64,000 bases of DNA, taken from positions 3,936,001 through 4,000,000 of the forward strand of contig CAWDXG010000004.1 in the NCBI GenBank assembly GCA_963806225.1, read 5' to 3'. The translations under genes were made by a program, and so were the position numbers. Numbering within the stretch: position 1 is the first letter of the stretch; each line of letters starts with the position of its first letter. This DNA is from an uncultured delta proteobacterium. Lineage in GTDB: Bacteria > Myxococcota_A > Polyangia > Polyangiales > Polyangiaceae. Below, piece after piece: positions 31,993-42,645 of the stretch. Under the pieces are notes generated by a model that saw only the letters and a list, made by a program, of their open reading frames with translations, ran no database searches and was not told the origin of the DNA.

Positions 31993-32169
31993 CCACGCAC
32001 CATAACAGAGTAGTCGCAGTACCTGTGGCTATTCGCTCTGCGCGGATCGGGCATACGCTTTCCTGTCCCCGGTCAATTCTTCGCAGTCACGGAGAGTTCC
32101 ACGAAGACCGCCGGCAAGCGGTGCCAGTGATCGGACGAGGGTGGGTAGGGTAGCGATCGCCCAGCGCCC

Positions 32170-32556
32170 TCACCCTTTGGTCTTGTCGATCATATGGTCG
32201 ATGACAACGCCGTGCTCGTGTTGGGGGCTGAACATCACGATCTCGGCGTCCGACTCGACTTTGACGTTGTGACCCGGCGGCCAGTAGAAGAGATCATTTT
32301 CGTTGACGGTCTCCTGCACGCCATTCTTGTCGGTCGCCTTGAGCTGCCCGCGCAGGACATAGCCCCAGTGAGGGCACTGGCACGCATCGCCTTGCAGGCC
32401 CTGTAGCAACGGTGCGGTGTCGACGCCCGTCGAGAGACTGAAGAACTCGCAACTGATCTTGCCGAGTCCGGTTGCGTCCCCGAAGTCCATGTGCTGGCGG
32501 ACCACGGCACCCGGTATCTGCATCTTGACGTCAACGTCTTCTTTGGCAATTCGCAC
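32170..32556 (-). CDS. Cupin-domain protein
   Basis: GTG at 32556; CQCPHWGYVLRG and FYWPPGH motifs. Confidence 0.82.
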   Translation of the reverse strand: MRIAKEDVDVKMQIPGAVVRQHMDFGDATGLGKISCEFFSLSTGVDTAPLLQGLQGDACQCPHWGYVLRGQLKATDKNGVQETVNENDLFYWPPGHNVKVESDAEIVMFSPQHEHGVVIDHMIDKTKG

Positions 32557-32772
32557 GGCTTCCCCCCTATGTCGGCAGCGGATGATGAGCGTTGCCCATT
32601 GCCCCACCTGCCCACGGCAACAGACCCCCGGCTAGAAACGCCACCGCCAACATAGGGCCGCGCGGCGCAACCGCCAGGGGCTTGTTGGTCCGTCCCGGGT
32701 ATCCGTCGTCTGCGCCGACGTGAAGCGACAGCACCTGAACGCCGCGCACCGACGCGTCACCTGACAGAGCAA

Positions 32773-33675
32773 GTGAGTCGCATCGTCATCTCGTCGCTCT
32801 GGGCGATCGCAACGTTCATCGTTTCAAGCCACGCGCTAGCCGATCCCGCAGCGGCGTCGCACGCCGCATTTCCACCTGTTCCGGAAACGTTGCCGGCGCG
32901 CGTTGCAGCGCCTCCTCCGGGCGCTGGCGCTTCGAAGGAGGTGCGCCCTCCGGCAACCCGATCCAGCGCGCAGGATCTGCGCTGGTCTGCGCCAGGTGCA
33001 CCGCTTGCCGATCCGCCGGCCGCGCGCGATGGCGGCGACGCGCGCGAGCGCCATCGCGTCTCCGACGACTGGATGCTGGCGCTGGAAGCCGTGACGCACG
33101 CGCCGCTCGACATCGGGTTCCAGGTCGGCTTCGAAGCGCGGCCAGGTGTGCGCGTGTCCGGCGGCTACGGCCGCGTGCCGGGCGCGTATCTCGGACTGGT
33201 CACGCGCGCCGCCCGCAACGCCAGCAACGCCGATCCGCTCGCCACAGCGCTGATCACCGACGGCTTCCAGGGCGGCTACACCTGGCGTGTGCAGGGTGGG
33301 ATCCGTCCGTTTTCGAAGCTCGGCCTGTACCTGGACGCGGGCTACGCGCGCGTTGCGCTGGCTGGCTCACTCGACAGCCGTGCCGTTCCCAGTGCCGGCG
33401 CGCTCGGCGTGCAGGGCGGGTACAGCGTCGACGCCGTACTGCATATGTGGCTCATCGAGCTCGGCTACCAGGCGCATGTCGGCGATCACGTCGTGCTTGC
33501 GGTCGGCGGGGGCGTGATGGGCACGTTCGCCGCGCACACCACCATCAGCACGCAGGCCGGCAGCGTGCGCCTGCCCGCCGTGGATCCGTCCACCGCGTCC
33601 ACGGTGGACGAGCTGCTCGAAAAGCACGGCTACCTGCCAACGCTCACGCTGCGTCTAGGCTTCGATCTGATCTGA
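32773..33675 (+). CDS. Hypothetical outer-membrane beta-barrel protein
   Basis: Signal peptide, amphipathic strands, terminal LRLGFDLI. Confidence 0.65.
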   Translation: MSRIVISSLWAIATFIVSSHALADPAAASHAAFPPVPETLPARVAAPPPGAGASKEVRPPATRSSAQDLRWSAPGAPLADPPAARDGGDARERHRVSDDWMLALEAVTHAPLDIGFQVGFEARPGVRVSGGYGRVPGAYLGLVTRAARNASNADPLATALITDGFQGGYTWRVQGGIRPFSKLGLYLDAGYARVALAGSLDSRAVPSAGALGVQGGYSVDAVLHMWLIELGYQAHVGDHVVLAVGGGVMGTFAAHTTISTQAGSVRLPAVDPSTASTVDELLEKHGYLPTLTLRLGFDLI

Positions 33676-33711
33676 CGCGGCGGGCAGCGGTTCCGCTGAC
33701 GTGGAGGTGGC

Positions 33712-34941
33712 GTGAGCGGCCCGGCGGCCCAACAATGGCGGACAGTGACCGGCAAGCGAAACCACGTCGACGATCTCCGGGGGGCGACCCGCCTCGCCGT
33801 CGGAGCCGCCAAGGGAGTCGTCGATCTCGTCCGGGCGATGCACCACACCATCGGCGGCGGTCCCGACGTGCTCGGTCGACCCCTGGAGGGACCGCTCCGC
33901 GTGCTGACCGCGCCCGTCTACGGCAGCATCCACGCCGTGACCGACCTTGTCGGAGCAGGCATCGACCTGGCGCTCGGACAGCTCTCGCCACTGCTCGGGG
34001 AGAGCGCACCCGGGCCCGAGCGCGAGGCGGTCCTCGCCGTACTGAACGGCGTCCTCGGCGACTACCTCGAGGGAACCAACAATCCGCTCGCGATCGAGAT
34101 GCGCCTGCGCAAAGGGGGTCGGCCACTCGTGCTGGAGAAGCAGGCGCTCCGCGCTGCCGTGCCCGCGGCCGGAAGCAAGCTCCTGGTACTCGTACACGGT
34201 TCGAGCATGAGCGACGTGCAATGGAATCGTCGCGGGCGCGATCCCGGCGCCGCCCTCGCGAGCGCCCTCGAGCTGTCAACGCTGTACCTGAACTACAACA
34301 GCGGGCTCCACGTCTCGACCAACGGCCGCGCATTCGCGGAGCTGCTCGAACAGCTCGTGGCCGAGTGGCCCGTGCCGGTCGAGGAGCTGGTGCTGCTCGG
34401 ACACAGCATGGGCGGGCTCGTGTCGCGCAGCGCCTGCCACTACGGCGAGCTGGCCGGCCACGCCTGGCGGCCCAGGCTCGGCAAGCTGATCTCGGTGGGC
34501 TCGCCTCACCACGGCGCGCCGCTCGAGCGCGGCGGCAACTGGATCGACGCGATGCTCGGGCTCAGCCGCTACAGCGCTCCGCTCGCCCGCCTGGGACAGA
34601 TCCGCAGCGCCGGAGTCACCGACCTCAGGTTCGGCAACGTGCTCGACGAGGACTGGCAGGGTCGGGACCGCTTCGAGTCCGGTGCCGATCCACGCACGCC
34701 GCTTCCACTACCGGCGGGCGTCGACTGCTACGCGATCGCCGGCACCACAGCCCCGACGCCCGGCGACAAGCTCCCGGGGGACGGCCTGGTCCCGGTCGAC
34801 AGTGCGCTGGGCCGCGCCGACCGACCGGAGCTTTCGCTCGCCTTTTCCGCTACCCACCAGTGGATCGCGTTCGGCACGGGTCACATCGACCTGGTCGATC
34901 GGCCCGAGGTCTGCGCACAGCTCGAGTCCTGGCTCAGCTGA
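33712..34941 (+). CDS. Alpha/beta hydrolase (PGAP1/lipase-like)
   Basis: LVHG, GHSMGG, GSPHHGA, GDGLVP and GH motifs. Confidence 0.9.
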   Translation: MSGPAAQQWRTVTGKRNHVDDLRGATRLAVGAAKGVVDLVRAMHHTIGGGPDVLGRPLEGPLRVLTAPVYGSIHAVTDLVGAGIDLALGQLSPLLGESAPGPEREAVLAVLNGVLGDYLEGTNNPLAIEMRLRKGGRPLVLEKQALRAAVPAAGSKLLVLVHGSSMSDVQWNRRGRDPGAALASALELSTLYLNYNSGLHVSTNGRAFAELLEQLVAEWPVPVEELVLLGHSMGGLVSRSACHYGELAGHAWRPRLGKLISVGSPHHGAPLERGGNWIDAMLGLSRYSAPLARLGQIRSAGVTDLRFGNVLDEDWQGRDRFESGADPRTPLPLPAGVDCYAIAGTTAPTPGDKLPGDGLVPVDSALGRADRPELSLAFSATHQWIAFGTGHIDLVDRPEVCAQLESWLS

Positions 34942-34993
34942 CGCTGCGACCAACCGGGTGTGCGACGCCCGCAGCAGCACCACGGGACGCCGC

Positions 34994-35779
34994 CTACGTC
35001 GCGCCGCGTTCGATCGCGCGCGCGCGGCGTTCCGCTTCGTCGCTCTCGGCTTCCACTCTTCTCGTTTCCACGAGCGCGGCCTTCATCGTCTCTTCGGACC
35101 AGGCGAAGGTTCCGAACACCCAGTCCCACAGGGGCGAGCTGATGCCCATGTTCAGATGGAAGAGCTTGAAGTGGTGCACGGCGTGGGCCCGCCTCACTAG
35201 CTTGCCGATGCGCGTCTTCGGGTTGCGGAAGTGGTGCGTGTAGTAGTGGGTCCAGTCGTAGAACAGGTAGCCCGCGCACGTGCCGCCGAACAGGATGAAC
35301 GCCTGGCCATGCGGCAGCAGCAGCCAGTACAGGACGAAAAGAACCGCGGCAATCGGCCAGCTCATCAGCGGCGGCGCGACGAGCCGCAGCCGGTCGTTCG
35401 GGAACTCGTGGTGGAGCCCGTGCATGAGGAAGAGGCGGATGCGCGCCTTCTCGTCCGTGCCCGGATCCCAGTGGAAGGCGAAGCGGTGCAGCAGGTATTC
35501 CAGCAGCGTGAAGCCGAGGACGCCGGCCGCGAACAGCCCGATGTACGCCAGCCTGCGCGGCCCTGACGAAAGCGCGAGCATGGCACCGTACACAATGGCC
35601 CAGCCGAACCACACGGCGGGCATGATCGGATGCGAGCTCGCGAGCACGTGCTCGACGAAGGGGTTCTTGTAGACGCGGATGCGGTTAATCTTGCGGTTTT
35701 CGAGGCTGGGCGCGCCAATCGTGCCGTCCCACCGCGCGATCGTCTCGTGGAACTCGTCGGTGAAGTCGAAGAGTCCCAT
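34994..35779 (-). CDS. Fatty-acid hydroxylase / sterol desaturase family (FA2H-like)
   Basis: EYLLHRFAFH, HGLHH...RLVAPP, YDWTHYYTHH, HAVHHF and GISSPLWDWVFGT motifs. Confidence 0.9.
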   Translation of the reverse strand: MGLFDFTDEFHETIARWDGTIGAPSLENRKINRIRVYKNPFVEHVLASSHPIMPAVWFGWAIVYGAMLALSSGPRRLAYIGLFAAGVLGFTLLEYLLHRFAFHWDPGTDEKARIRLFLMHGLHHEFPNDRLRLVAPPLMSWPIAAVLFVLYWLLLPHGQAFILFGGTCAGYLFYDWTHYYTHHFRNPKTRIGKLVRRAHAVHHFKLFHLNMGISSPLWDWVFGTFAWSEETMKAALVETRRVEAESDEAERRARAIERGAT

Positions 35780-36748
35780 CTAGATCTGCCCGCCTGCCGC
35801 GACCGACTGGACATCGAAGGCTTCCGGAGCGTCTGCGGGCCGTTCCTCTTCAGGGCAATCGAAGGGCGCGCGCCCCACCTGCACGGTGCCGAGGCTCGGG
35901 ATGAACAGCGCCAGGAAGTGCTGCTGGAAGAAGAACCACCACATGCTCCAGTGACACAGGCGCGGATCGATCTGGTCCTTGATCTTGTTGTGCGCCGCTT
36001 CGGCTTCAGCCCAGTGCAGGTTCGCCTGGTTGTGGTGGACGGTGTGGTAGCCGTTGCCGAAGAGCAGGAAGTTCAGGAACTTGCCGGTGAAGTTCCGCGA
36101 GTGGTTGTGCTCCGACCACGGGTCGGTGTGCACGTGCTGCGAGTAGTTGAACAGCATCACCGTCCACAGCGCGAAGAACGCCGGGATGCCCAGCGCGAGC
36201 GCGTACGTCTCGAGCCCCGCCTTGACGCCGAACAGCACCACGGCCAGCGCCGCCAGGACGGCGTGGGCGCCATAGGTCACGACGTACTGGGAGATGATGC
36301 GCCGGTAGAACGCGGGGTTCTTCTGCTTCGCCGTGCGGATGAAGTCCTTGATCCAGAACCCCTGGTAGTACGCCGAGACGAAGAAGTAGGTGCTGGCGAC
36401 CAGCGCGTTGTGCTTGTTGGTGATGCGCCAGGTGATGGTCGCGTCACCGTGTTTGTTGATGTACTTGTGATGGTTGAGGTTGTGGGTCGGCGTCCAGGCG
36501 AACACCGGGTAGCCGTAGAAGATCGAGACCCAGTGCGAGAAGAGCCGGTTCGCCCGCTTGGTCTTCATCGTGGGGCGGTGCATGTGGTTGTGCGCGATGA
36601 CGGCGCAGCTCACCGCGAAGTACATGCTGAACGGGAACAGCACCCAACGGAGGTCAGGGCGGAGGTATTGCAGGACGGCGACGCCGGGCGTCAGGATGAC
36701 GACCCAGAGCAGCGTACGGTAGTCGGCGCGATGTTTGACAAGCAGCAT
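35780..36748 (-). CDS. Membrane fatty-acid desaturase
   Basis: ATG at 36748; His boxes HNHMH, HNLNHH and YHTVHH. Confidence 0.9.
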   Translation of the reverse strand: MLLVKHRADYRTLLWVVILTPGVAVLQYLRPDLRWVLFPFSMYFAVSCAVIAHNHMHRPTMKTKRANRLFSHWVSIFYGYPVFAWTPTHNLNHHKYINKHGDATITWRITNKHNALVASTYFFVSAYYQGFWIKDFIRTAKQKNPAFYRRIISQYVVTYGAHAVLAALAVVLFGVKAGLETYALALGIPAFFALWTVMLFNYSQHVHTDPWSEHNHSRNFTGKFLNFLLFGNGYHTVHHNQANLHWAEAEAAHNKIKDQIDPRLCHWSMWWFFFQQHFLALFIPSLGTVQVGRAPFDCPEEERPADAPEAFDVQSVAAGGQI

Positions 36749-37017
36749 AGGGAGCCTCGCTGTCCGGCAACGATACCCGCGATTGCCGCTCGGTCGACCG
36801 GATGTCAATCCTTGTGGCGAAAACGGGGGCCCACGGGGCCAGAATGGGCCAGATCTGGGCTCCTGCGCTTGATCGTCGTCAATTTCGTGCCCGGCACCCC
36901 CGCGCGTCCGCCGGCAGGCGTTGAGCGGCCGATGCGCCGCACAGCGCAGCCGAGGCGGTCGGCGCTCCGCACTTGCCCTGGTGCAGAGCCCGCTCCCCTC
37001 TCGCGGTAGCGGCACGC

Positions 37018-37715
37018 CTACGGCTGCCGAACGGCGCGGAAGCGCACCTTGTTCTCGAGCATCCTGGTGAAGGCCTCTTCGGCGCGTTCCAGGGGGAACA
37101 CCTCGGTCCGGGGCCTCACGCCCTGGAGCTTGCTGAAGCGCAGCGTGTCTTCGGAATCGATGCTGGAGCCACTGGGCCAGCCCTGGATGCGGCGACCGCT
37201 GAGCAGCGAGAACGCGGAAACCTTGAAGGGCTCGGGCGCGGCCGCGACGATGAGCAGTGTGCCGCGCGGCGTGAGCCCATCGACGACCGACTCGATGGCG
37301 CCGGCGTTCGGCGCGGTCGCCAGGATGACGTCGGCGCCGCCGAGTTGCTGCAGCGCTTCGGCCGGGTCGCCCTTGGCTGCATCCACGTATTCGTGCGCGC
37401 CGAGCTCGTGCGCGAGCTTCTCTTTGTCGCTGCCGCGCGACACGGCAATGGTGCGGAAGCCCATGCGCGCGGCGTACTGCACGCCCAGATGGCCGAGCCC
37501 GCCGATGCCCTGCACGGCCACGGTGTCGCCGGCGCGCGCGCCGCTGTTGCGGAGCGCGTTGTACGTGGTGATCCCGGCGCAGAGCAGCGGCCCGGCATCG
37601 ACGGCAGACACGCCTTCGGGGAGGCGCGCCAACGACGAGGCCGGAACGACCGCGTACTCGGCCCAGCCGCCATCGTGCGAGATGCCGGTGACTTTCGCCT
37701 TCTCGCAATTGATGA
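37018..37715 (-). pseudogene. Zn-dependent alcohol dehydrogenase, 5'-truncated
   Basis: Begins at NCEKAKVTG; retains LLCAGITT and GIGGLGH but lacks the N-terminal CHxD/GHE and most structural-Zn Cys. Confidence 0.82.
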
Positions 37716-38833
37716 CGTGCAACGCGGGGCCGAACGACGACCAGGACAAGGACGGCTGGACGATCGCACAGGGCGACTGCAACGACTGCGACCCGAACGT
37801 GAATCCGGGCGCGATCTACGTGCTGCACACGCAGGACGGCGGAACTCCGAAGTGGGGCGACGAGGATTGCGACGGCACTCCCGGCGACTCGGCCAAGCCC
37901 TGCGATCAGGGGTTTGCGCTCGGCGACGTGAACGCTGCCGACGCGGCGAAGGCGATCGAGCTGTGTCACGCGGCCAAACCCACCGACAAGAACTTCGGCG
38001 TGCTGTCGGCGGCCTACGTGCGCGCCGACGGCAGCACCTTCTCGAGCCCGGGGTTGCAGGTGGGGCTGGAGCCGGGCTGGGGACCGAACGTGAAGGTGCA
38101 GGCCGGCAAGACGATGCTCGTGCTGTCCACCGGTCACGCGCGCAGCATCGGCCAGAGCGGCGCGTGCGGTTCGCTCACCTGCACGGAGAACGCAACGGGC
38201 AAGGCGCCGCCAGGTTTCCCCCAGGCCAATCCCGCCTGCCCGCCCATGAGCACGATCACGGATGATGTCGCGCTGCAGGTGAAGCTGCGCGCACCGACTA
38301 ACGCCACCGGCTATTCGTTCAACTTCAAGCTCTACTCGTTCGAGTACCCGGAGTCGGTCTGCGACAAATACAACGACCAGTTCATCGCGCTCGTTTCGCC
38401 CGCGCCGAAGGGCTCCATCAACGGGAACATCTCGTTCGACAGCAAGAACGTCCCCGTCAGTGTGGACCTGGGCTACTTCGACGTGTGCGACCCGGGCACG
38501 GCGTCGGTGTTTGCCTATCGCTGCAAGAATGCCGGCGGCAGCTGCCCGTCGCTCCCGAACCCCTACCGTCCACTGGGCGCGGGCGAGCTGAAAGGCACCG
38601 GCTTCGACATCTGGAAGCAGACCAGCTTCGAGAAGCAGCCCACGGCGGCGGGCGCCACGCGCTGGCTCGAGTCCCAGGCCCCGGTGAAGGGCGGCTCCGA
38701 GTTCACGATCCGCTTCGCCATCTGGGACACCGGCAACCAGCAGTACGACTCGACCGTACTGATCGATAACTTCCAGTGGATCGCAGCGCCCGGCGTCTCC
38801 GTCACGACGAAGCCGGTGCCGACCCCGATGTGA
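37716..38833 (+). pseudogene. Secreted Cys-rich protein (GDCND metal-binding repeat plus choice-of-anchor-L-like domain), 5'-truncated
   Basis: DQDKDGW...GDCNDCDPNVNPGA, SFEYPE...YNDQF and FAIWDTG...DSTVLID motifs. No start or signal peptide; upstream is ADH antisense. Confidence 0.72.
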
Positions 38834-38942
38834 TCGCCCGGCTCGCCGCGGATTCAGCTGGTGCGGGGGCGCCTGCGCGCGCTATCATTGCCGGTTCGCA
38901 CCTGCTTCGCCGCGGTCTTCGCGGCCCAACACGAAAGAGACC

Positions 38943-40341
38943 ATGCCGATTATTCCTCGACGCCGGGCTGTGCCCGCCGCAAAGCGTGCCCTTCTGCCCG
39001 TGGCACTGCTGCTGGCCTCGTGGGCCGCGCCCGCGCGGGCCGCGACCGTCGCGCGCTGGACTCCCCCGAACGCGGAGGTCGACGAGGCGAACTTCCCCGC
39101 CACCGCGAGCCTCGTGTCCGCGAGCGCGATGACCTACTCCGGCGCCCCGCTCAGCAGCATTTCGATCTCCGGCAGCTACGCCGTCAAGATGTGGCCGCTG
39201 GCGATGGACACGTCGGACTACATCCAGTTCTCCGTCACCGGCATCGTGACTTTCCAGTCGGTCTCGTTCAGCTGGTGGTCGAACAGCAGCTACGTGAACG
39301 CGGTCGCGGTGCGGTCGAGCGCCGACGGTTTCGCGGCGAACCTGGCCACCGGCACGCATCCACAGGACGCACAGATGCACCAGACGACGCTCGACGTTCT
39401 CGAGCCTCGGCACGCAGAACGGCACGACGACGTTCCGGCTGTACTTCTGGGGCAGCAGCTTCGTCACGCCCACGGCCTACATCGACGGGCCCAGCCTCGA
39501 CACGGGCGCCGTTGGGCTCGTGATCAACGGCTCGGCGATCTGCGACACCGACGAGCACGTCGCGAGCCACAAGTGTGTGACTTGCCCGGCAGGCAGCACC
39601 AACCCCCAGGGCGACGACCCGAGCGGCGCCAACACGCAGTGCACGCCCACCCTGTGCACCGCGGACCATCGCGTGCAGAGCCACGCCTGCGTCGCCTGCG
39701 CCGCGGGCTCCACGCGCCCGGCGGGTGACGACGCCACGGGCGCCGATACGCAGTGCACGGCAACGCTGTGCGCCAGCGACCAGCACGTCGTGAGCCACGC
39801 CTGCGTCGCCTGCCCGAACGGCCAGACCAACCCCGCCGGCGACGACGCGACCGGCAGCGACACATCTTGCACCCCCTCCACGCCGTTGGACGCCGGAAGC
39901 GACTCGGGCACAGGCGGCAGCGCGGGCACAGGCGGCAGCGCGGGCACAGGCGGCAGCGCGGGCACAGGCGGCAGCGCGGGCACAGGCGGCAGCGCGGGCA
40001 CAGGCGGCAGCGCGGGCACAGGCGGCAGCGCGGGCACAGGCGGCAGCGCAGGCGCAGCCGGAAGTGCAGGCGCCGGTGGAACCGCAGGCGCAGCAGGCAG
40101 CGCGAGTGGCGGCACAGCCGGAAACACGTTCACCGATGCAGGCACCGACGCCAACGGAGGCGCCAGCGCAGCCGGCGGCTACGGCACAGATGGCGGCTCG
40201 GATGCGGGCGCGCCCGCGGGCTCCGGATCCAAGGGCGGCTGCGGTTGCACCGTGGCCGGCTCGCGTAGCGGCTCGACCGGGTGGTCGCTCCTGTTCGGGT
40301 TCGGCCTCGCACTGGGTCTGCGCCGGCGCCGCCGGCGCTGA
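38943..40341 (+). CDS. MYXO-CTERM surface protein with Cys-rich repeats; 1-bp frameshift near 39397 (~465 aa if restored)
   Basis: Signal peptide in the first frame; repeats and GGCGCTVAG...TM...RRRRRR in the second. Deleting one T from ctcgacgttctcg joins them. Confidence 0.82.
39907..40050. repeat. 8 x 18-bp tandem repeat encoding (GTGGSA)8
   Basis: ggcacaggcggcagcgcg repeated almost perfectly. Confidence 0.95.
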
Positions 40342-40379
40342 GTGGACCGGCGCCGCAGATCGCGTGTCTCGCCGGGGAG

Positions 40380-41612
40380 ATGATGACGAAGATCCGCCGC
40401 TACGAAACGCCGTCGTCGGCCCAGCTCCTGCGCCACGTGCTCGAGCGCCCGGAGCTGGTGGCCGCTGTGCGGGAGCTGCCCGGCGAGGCGCTGGCACGCC
40501 TGATCGATCGCATCGGGTTGGAGGATGCCGGCGAGATCGTCGCGCTGGCCAGCACCGAACAACTCTCGCGCGTCTTCGACGAGGATCTGTGGCGGGCTGA
40601 GCACGTCGGCGGCGACGAGGACTTCCAGCCGCGGCGCTTCGGCCTGTGGCTCCAGGTGCTGGCCGAGGCGGGCGATGACTTCGTTGCCGAGCGTCTCCGA
40701 GCGATGCCGCGCGATCTGCTGCAGCTCGCAGTGCATCGTCTGGTGCTCGTCATCGACATCGACGCGCTGGCCGTGGAGATGTCGGAAGGCGGCGCCGACG
40801 ACCTGACCGAGAAGGCGCTCGAAGCCAGCCCGCACGAGGAGTGGGAAGAGTTCCGCCTGATCGCCCGACATGCCGAAGCGTGGGACGTGCTGTGGTCGGC
40901 GCTGCTCGCGCTCGACCGCGACGACCACGAGCTCGTGCGCGATCTGCTCGAGCGCTGCGCGGCGATCGACGCGGAGTACATCGAGGACAACGGCGGGCTC
41001 TACGCTGTCCTCACCTCGGGGGAGATGCTGGAAGGAGATCTCGCTGCGGACCGCGCGGACCGCCGCGCTGCGGAAGGCTACGTCGCGCCAGCGGACGCGC
41101 GGGCGTTCCTCGAGCTGGCAGCGAGCGGCCAGGGTCCAGAGGGCCGCGACGCCATCACGCGCGCGTACTTCCGCGAGGTCGCGCCGCATCGCGGAGTCGC
41201 CGACGAACGCGCCGCGACTCGCGAGCGCGAGGCCGCGGCGGCCGAGCTCTCCCGACTGCTGCTGCCCTCGAAGCAGGAACAGGCCGCCGGGGCGGAAGCG
41301 CCCACGCCGCCGGCGTCGCGAACTCCCACCCTGCTCGAGCAAGCGCTCGCCGAGCTTCGCCAAACCGACCCGGTACTCGCGTCGACCCGGCTCGAGGAGC
41401 TGGCATACCTCGCCAACGTCTGGGTAGCCGCAGGCTCCCACGAAGGCCGCCGCCCCCGCCCCGTGGAAGCGCTCGAGCACGCCATCACGGTGTGCAACGC
41501 GGGGCTGGAGCGCGCTGTCGCCGACGCGGGCGACGAGGCCGCACGGGTCCTCGCCTCCACCCCGGCCGATGCGCTGTTCCGGTGGGGCTACGTGAGGCAG
41601 AAGGCGGACTGA
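40380..41612 (+). CDS. Hypothetical protein, DUF6178-like
   Basis: IGLEDAGEIVALASTEQLSRVFDEDLW, RRAAEGYV and EELAYLAN motifs. Confidence 0.7.
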   Translation: MMTKIRRYETPSSAQLLRHVLERPELVAAVRELPGEALARLIDRIGLEDAGEIVALASTEQLSRVFDEDLWRAEHVGGDEDFQPRRFGLWLQVLAEAGDDFVAERLRAMPRDLLQLAVHRLVLVIDIDALAVEMSEGGADDLTEKALEASPHEEWEEFRLIARHAEAWDVLWSALLALDRDDHELVRDLLERCAAIDAEYIEDNGGLYAVLTSGEMLEGDLAADRADRRAAEGYVAPADARAFLELAASGQGPEGRDAITRAYFREVAPHRGVADERAATREREAAAAELSRLLLPSKQEQAAGAEAPTPPASRTPTLLEQALAELRQTDPVLASTRLEELAYLANVWVAAGSHEGRRPRPVEALEHAITVCNAGLERAVADAGDEAARVLASTPADALFRWGYVRQKAD

Positions 41613-41795
41613 GCCAGCCCCCGGCGCAGTCTCTGCCGGTCGGGACGCCGTTCGCGCCGCGGCTGCGCGGTCGCCCGCCGCGCGGCAGCGCGAATCGGCG
41701 ACAACCCGGGCACAGGCACGGGCCGTGCACGCCACAGTCCGGGGGGAAGCGGCGTCCCCAGCACTGAGCGCGAACAACCGCCCGGACGGGGGAGC

Positions 41796-42572
41796 ATGGC
41801 TATCGAGACACGCCGGACCGGCGGTCATTGGGGGACGCTTTCGCTGTCGCTAGCGACGGCGCTGACGCTTGCGCTCTCGACTGGCCAGGCGTCGGCCGGC
41901 GTCGAGGCAGAGGTCGAGGTCTCGGTCGTGGTCCCGAGCCGCATCGACACGCGCATCCCGGGCGACAGCGGCACGAAGCTTTCGTTCGTCCACGATCTCT
42001 CCACGTCGCCCGCACCGGCTTTCCGGGTACGGCTAGGTTATCGCATCGCAGACCGTCACCTGATCACGGCACTCTACGCACCGCTGCAGCTCGATGCCCG
42101 CGGCAGCGTCGGCCGGGACGTCCGGTTCATGGACGCGACCTATCCAGCGACAACCCCGCTGCTTGCGATCTACCGTTTCGATTCGTACCGCCTGACCTAT
42201 CGCTACAGCATCGTCTGGACGGATGACCTGGACGTCGCGCTCGGTGTCACCGGGAAGATCCGCGACGCCGAGACCAGTCTCTACGGGGTCCATGCCCGGC
42301 GGAAGACCAACACCGGTTTTGTCCCGCTGCTCAACGCCCACGTGGCATGGCGTCCCGGGAACGGTGCGTTCGGGGGCGTGCTCGATGTCGACGCGTTGGC
42401 CGCACCCCAAGGGCGTGCCGAGGATGTGCTGCTGGCGGCAACCTGGTCCTTCCACGACCATCTCGAGCTGCGCGTGGGCTACCGCATGCTCGAGGGAGGC
42501 GCCGACAACGACGAGGTGTACAGCTTCGCCTGGCTTCACTACGCGGTCGTCGGGCTCAGGATAGGCTACTGA
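41796..42572 (+). CDS. Hypothetical outer-membrane beta-barrel protein
   Basis: Signal peptide; YRFDSYRLTYRY, APQGRAED and GYRMLEGGADNDEVY motifs; terminal aromatic residue. Confidence 0.8.
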   Translation: MAIETRRTGGHWGTLSLSLATALTLALSTGQASAGVEAEVEVSVVVPSRIDTRIPGDSGTKLSFVHDLSTSPAPAFRVRLGYRIADRHLITALYAPLQLDARGSVGRDVRFMDATYPATTPLLAIYRFDSYRLTYRYSIVWTDDLDVALGVTGKIRDAETSLYGVHARRKTNTGFVPLLNAHVAWRPGNGAFGGVLDVDALAAPQGRAEDVLLAATWSFHDHLELRVGYRMLEGGADNDEVYSFAWLHYAVVGLRIGY

Positions 42573-42612
42573 TCGCCCCGCACCCCGGGAACGCCCGCGC
42601 TCCCGATCCCCG

Positions 42613-42630
42613 TCACCTGCAGTACTTCGA
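42613..42630 (-). repeat. Remnant of the extreme 3' end of the transglycosylase-like gene
   Basis: Minus strand reads SKYCR-TGA, versus SKYCK-TAG at 46857-46874. Confidence 0.55.
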
Positions 42631-42645
42631 CCTCGACTGCCGCAG

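Noticed and set aside
35780..38137. 785-aa fusion ORF spanning ADH and the desaturase
   Set aside because: The upstream part is an off-frame read of ADH; the desaturase starts at 36748.
39907..40050. Non-coding VNTR or array
   Set aside because: In-frame Gly-rich linker typical of myxobacterial surface proteins; the same applies at 57.3 kb and 63.2 kb.
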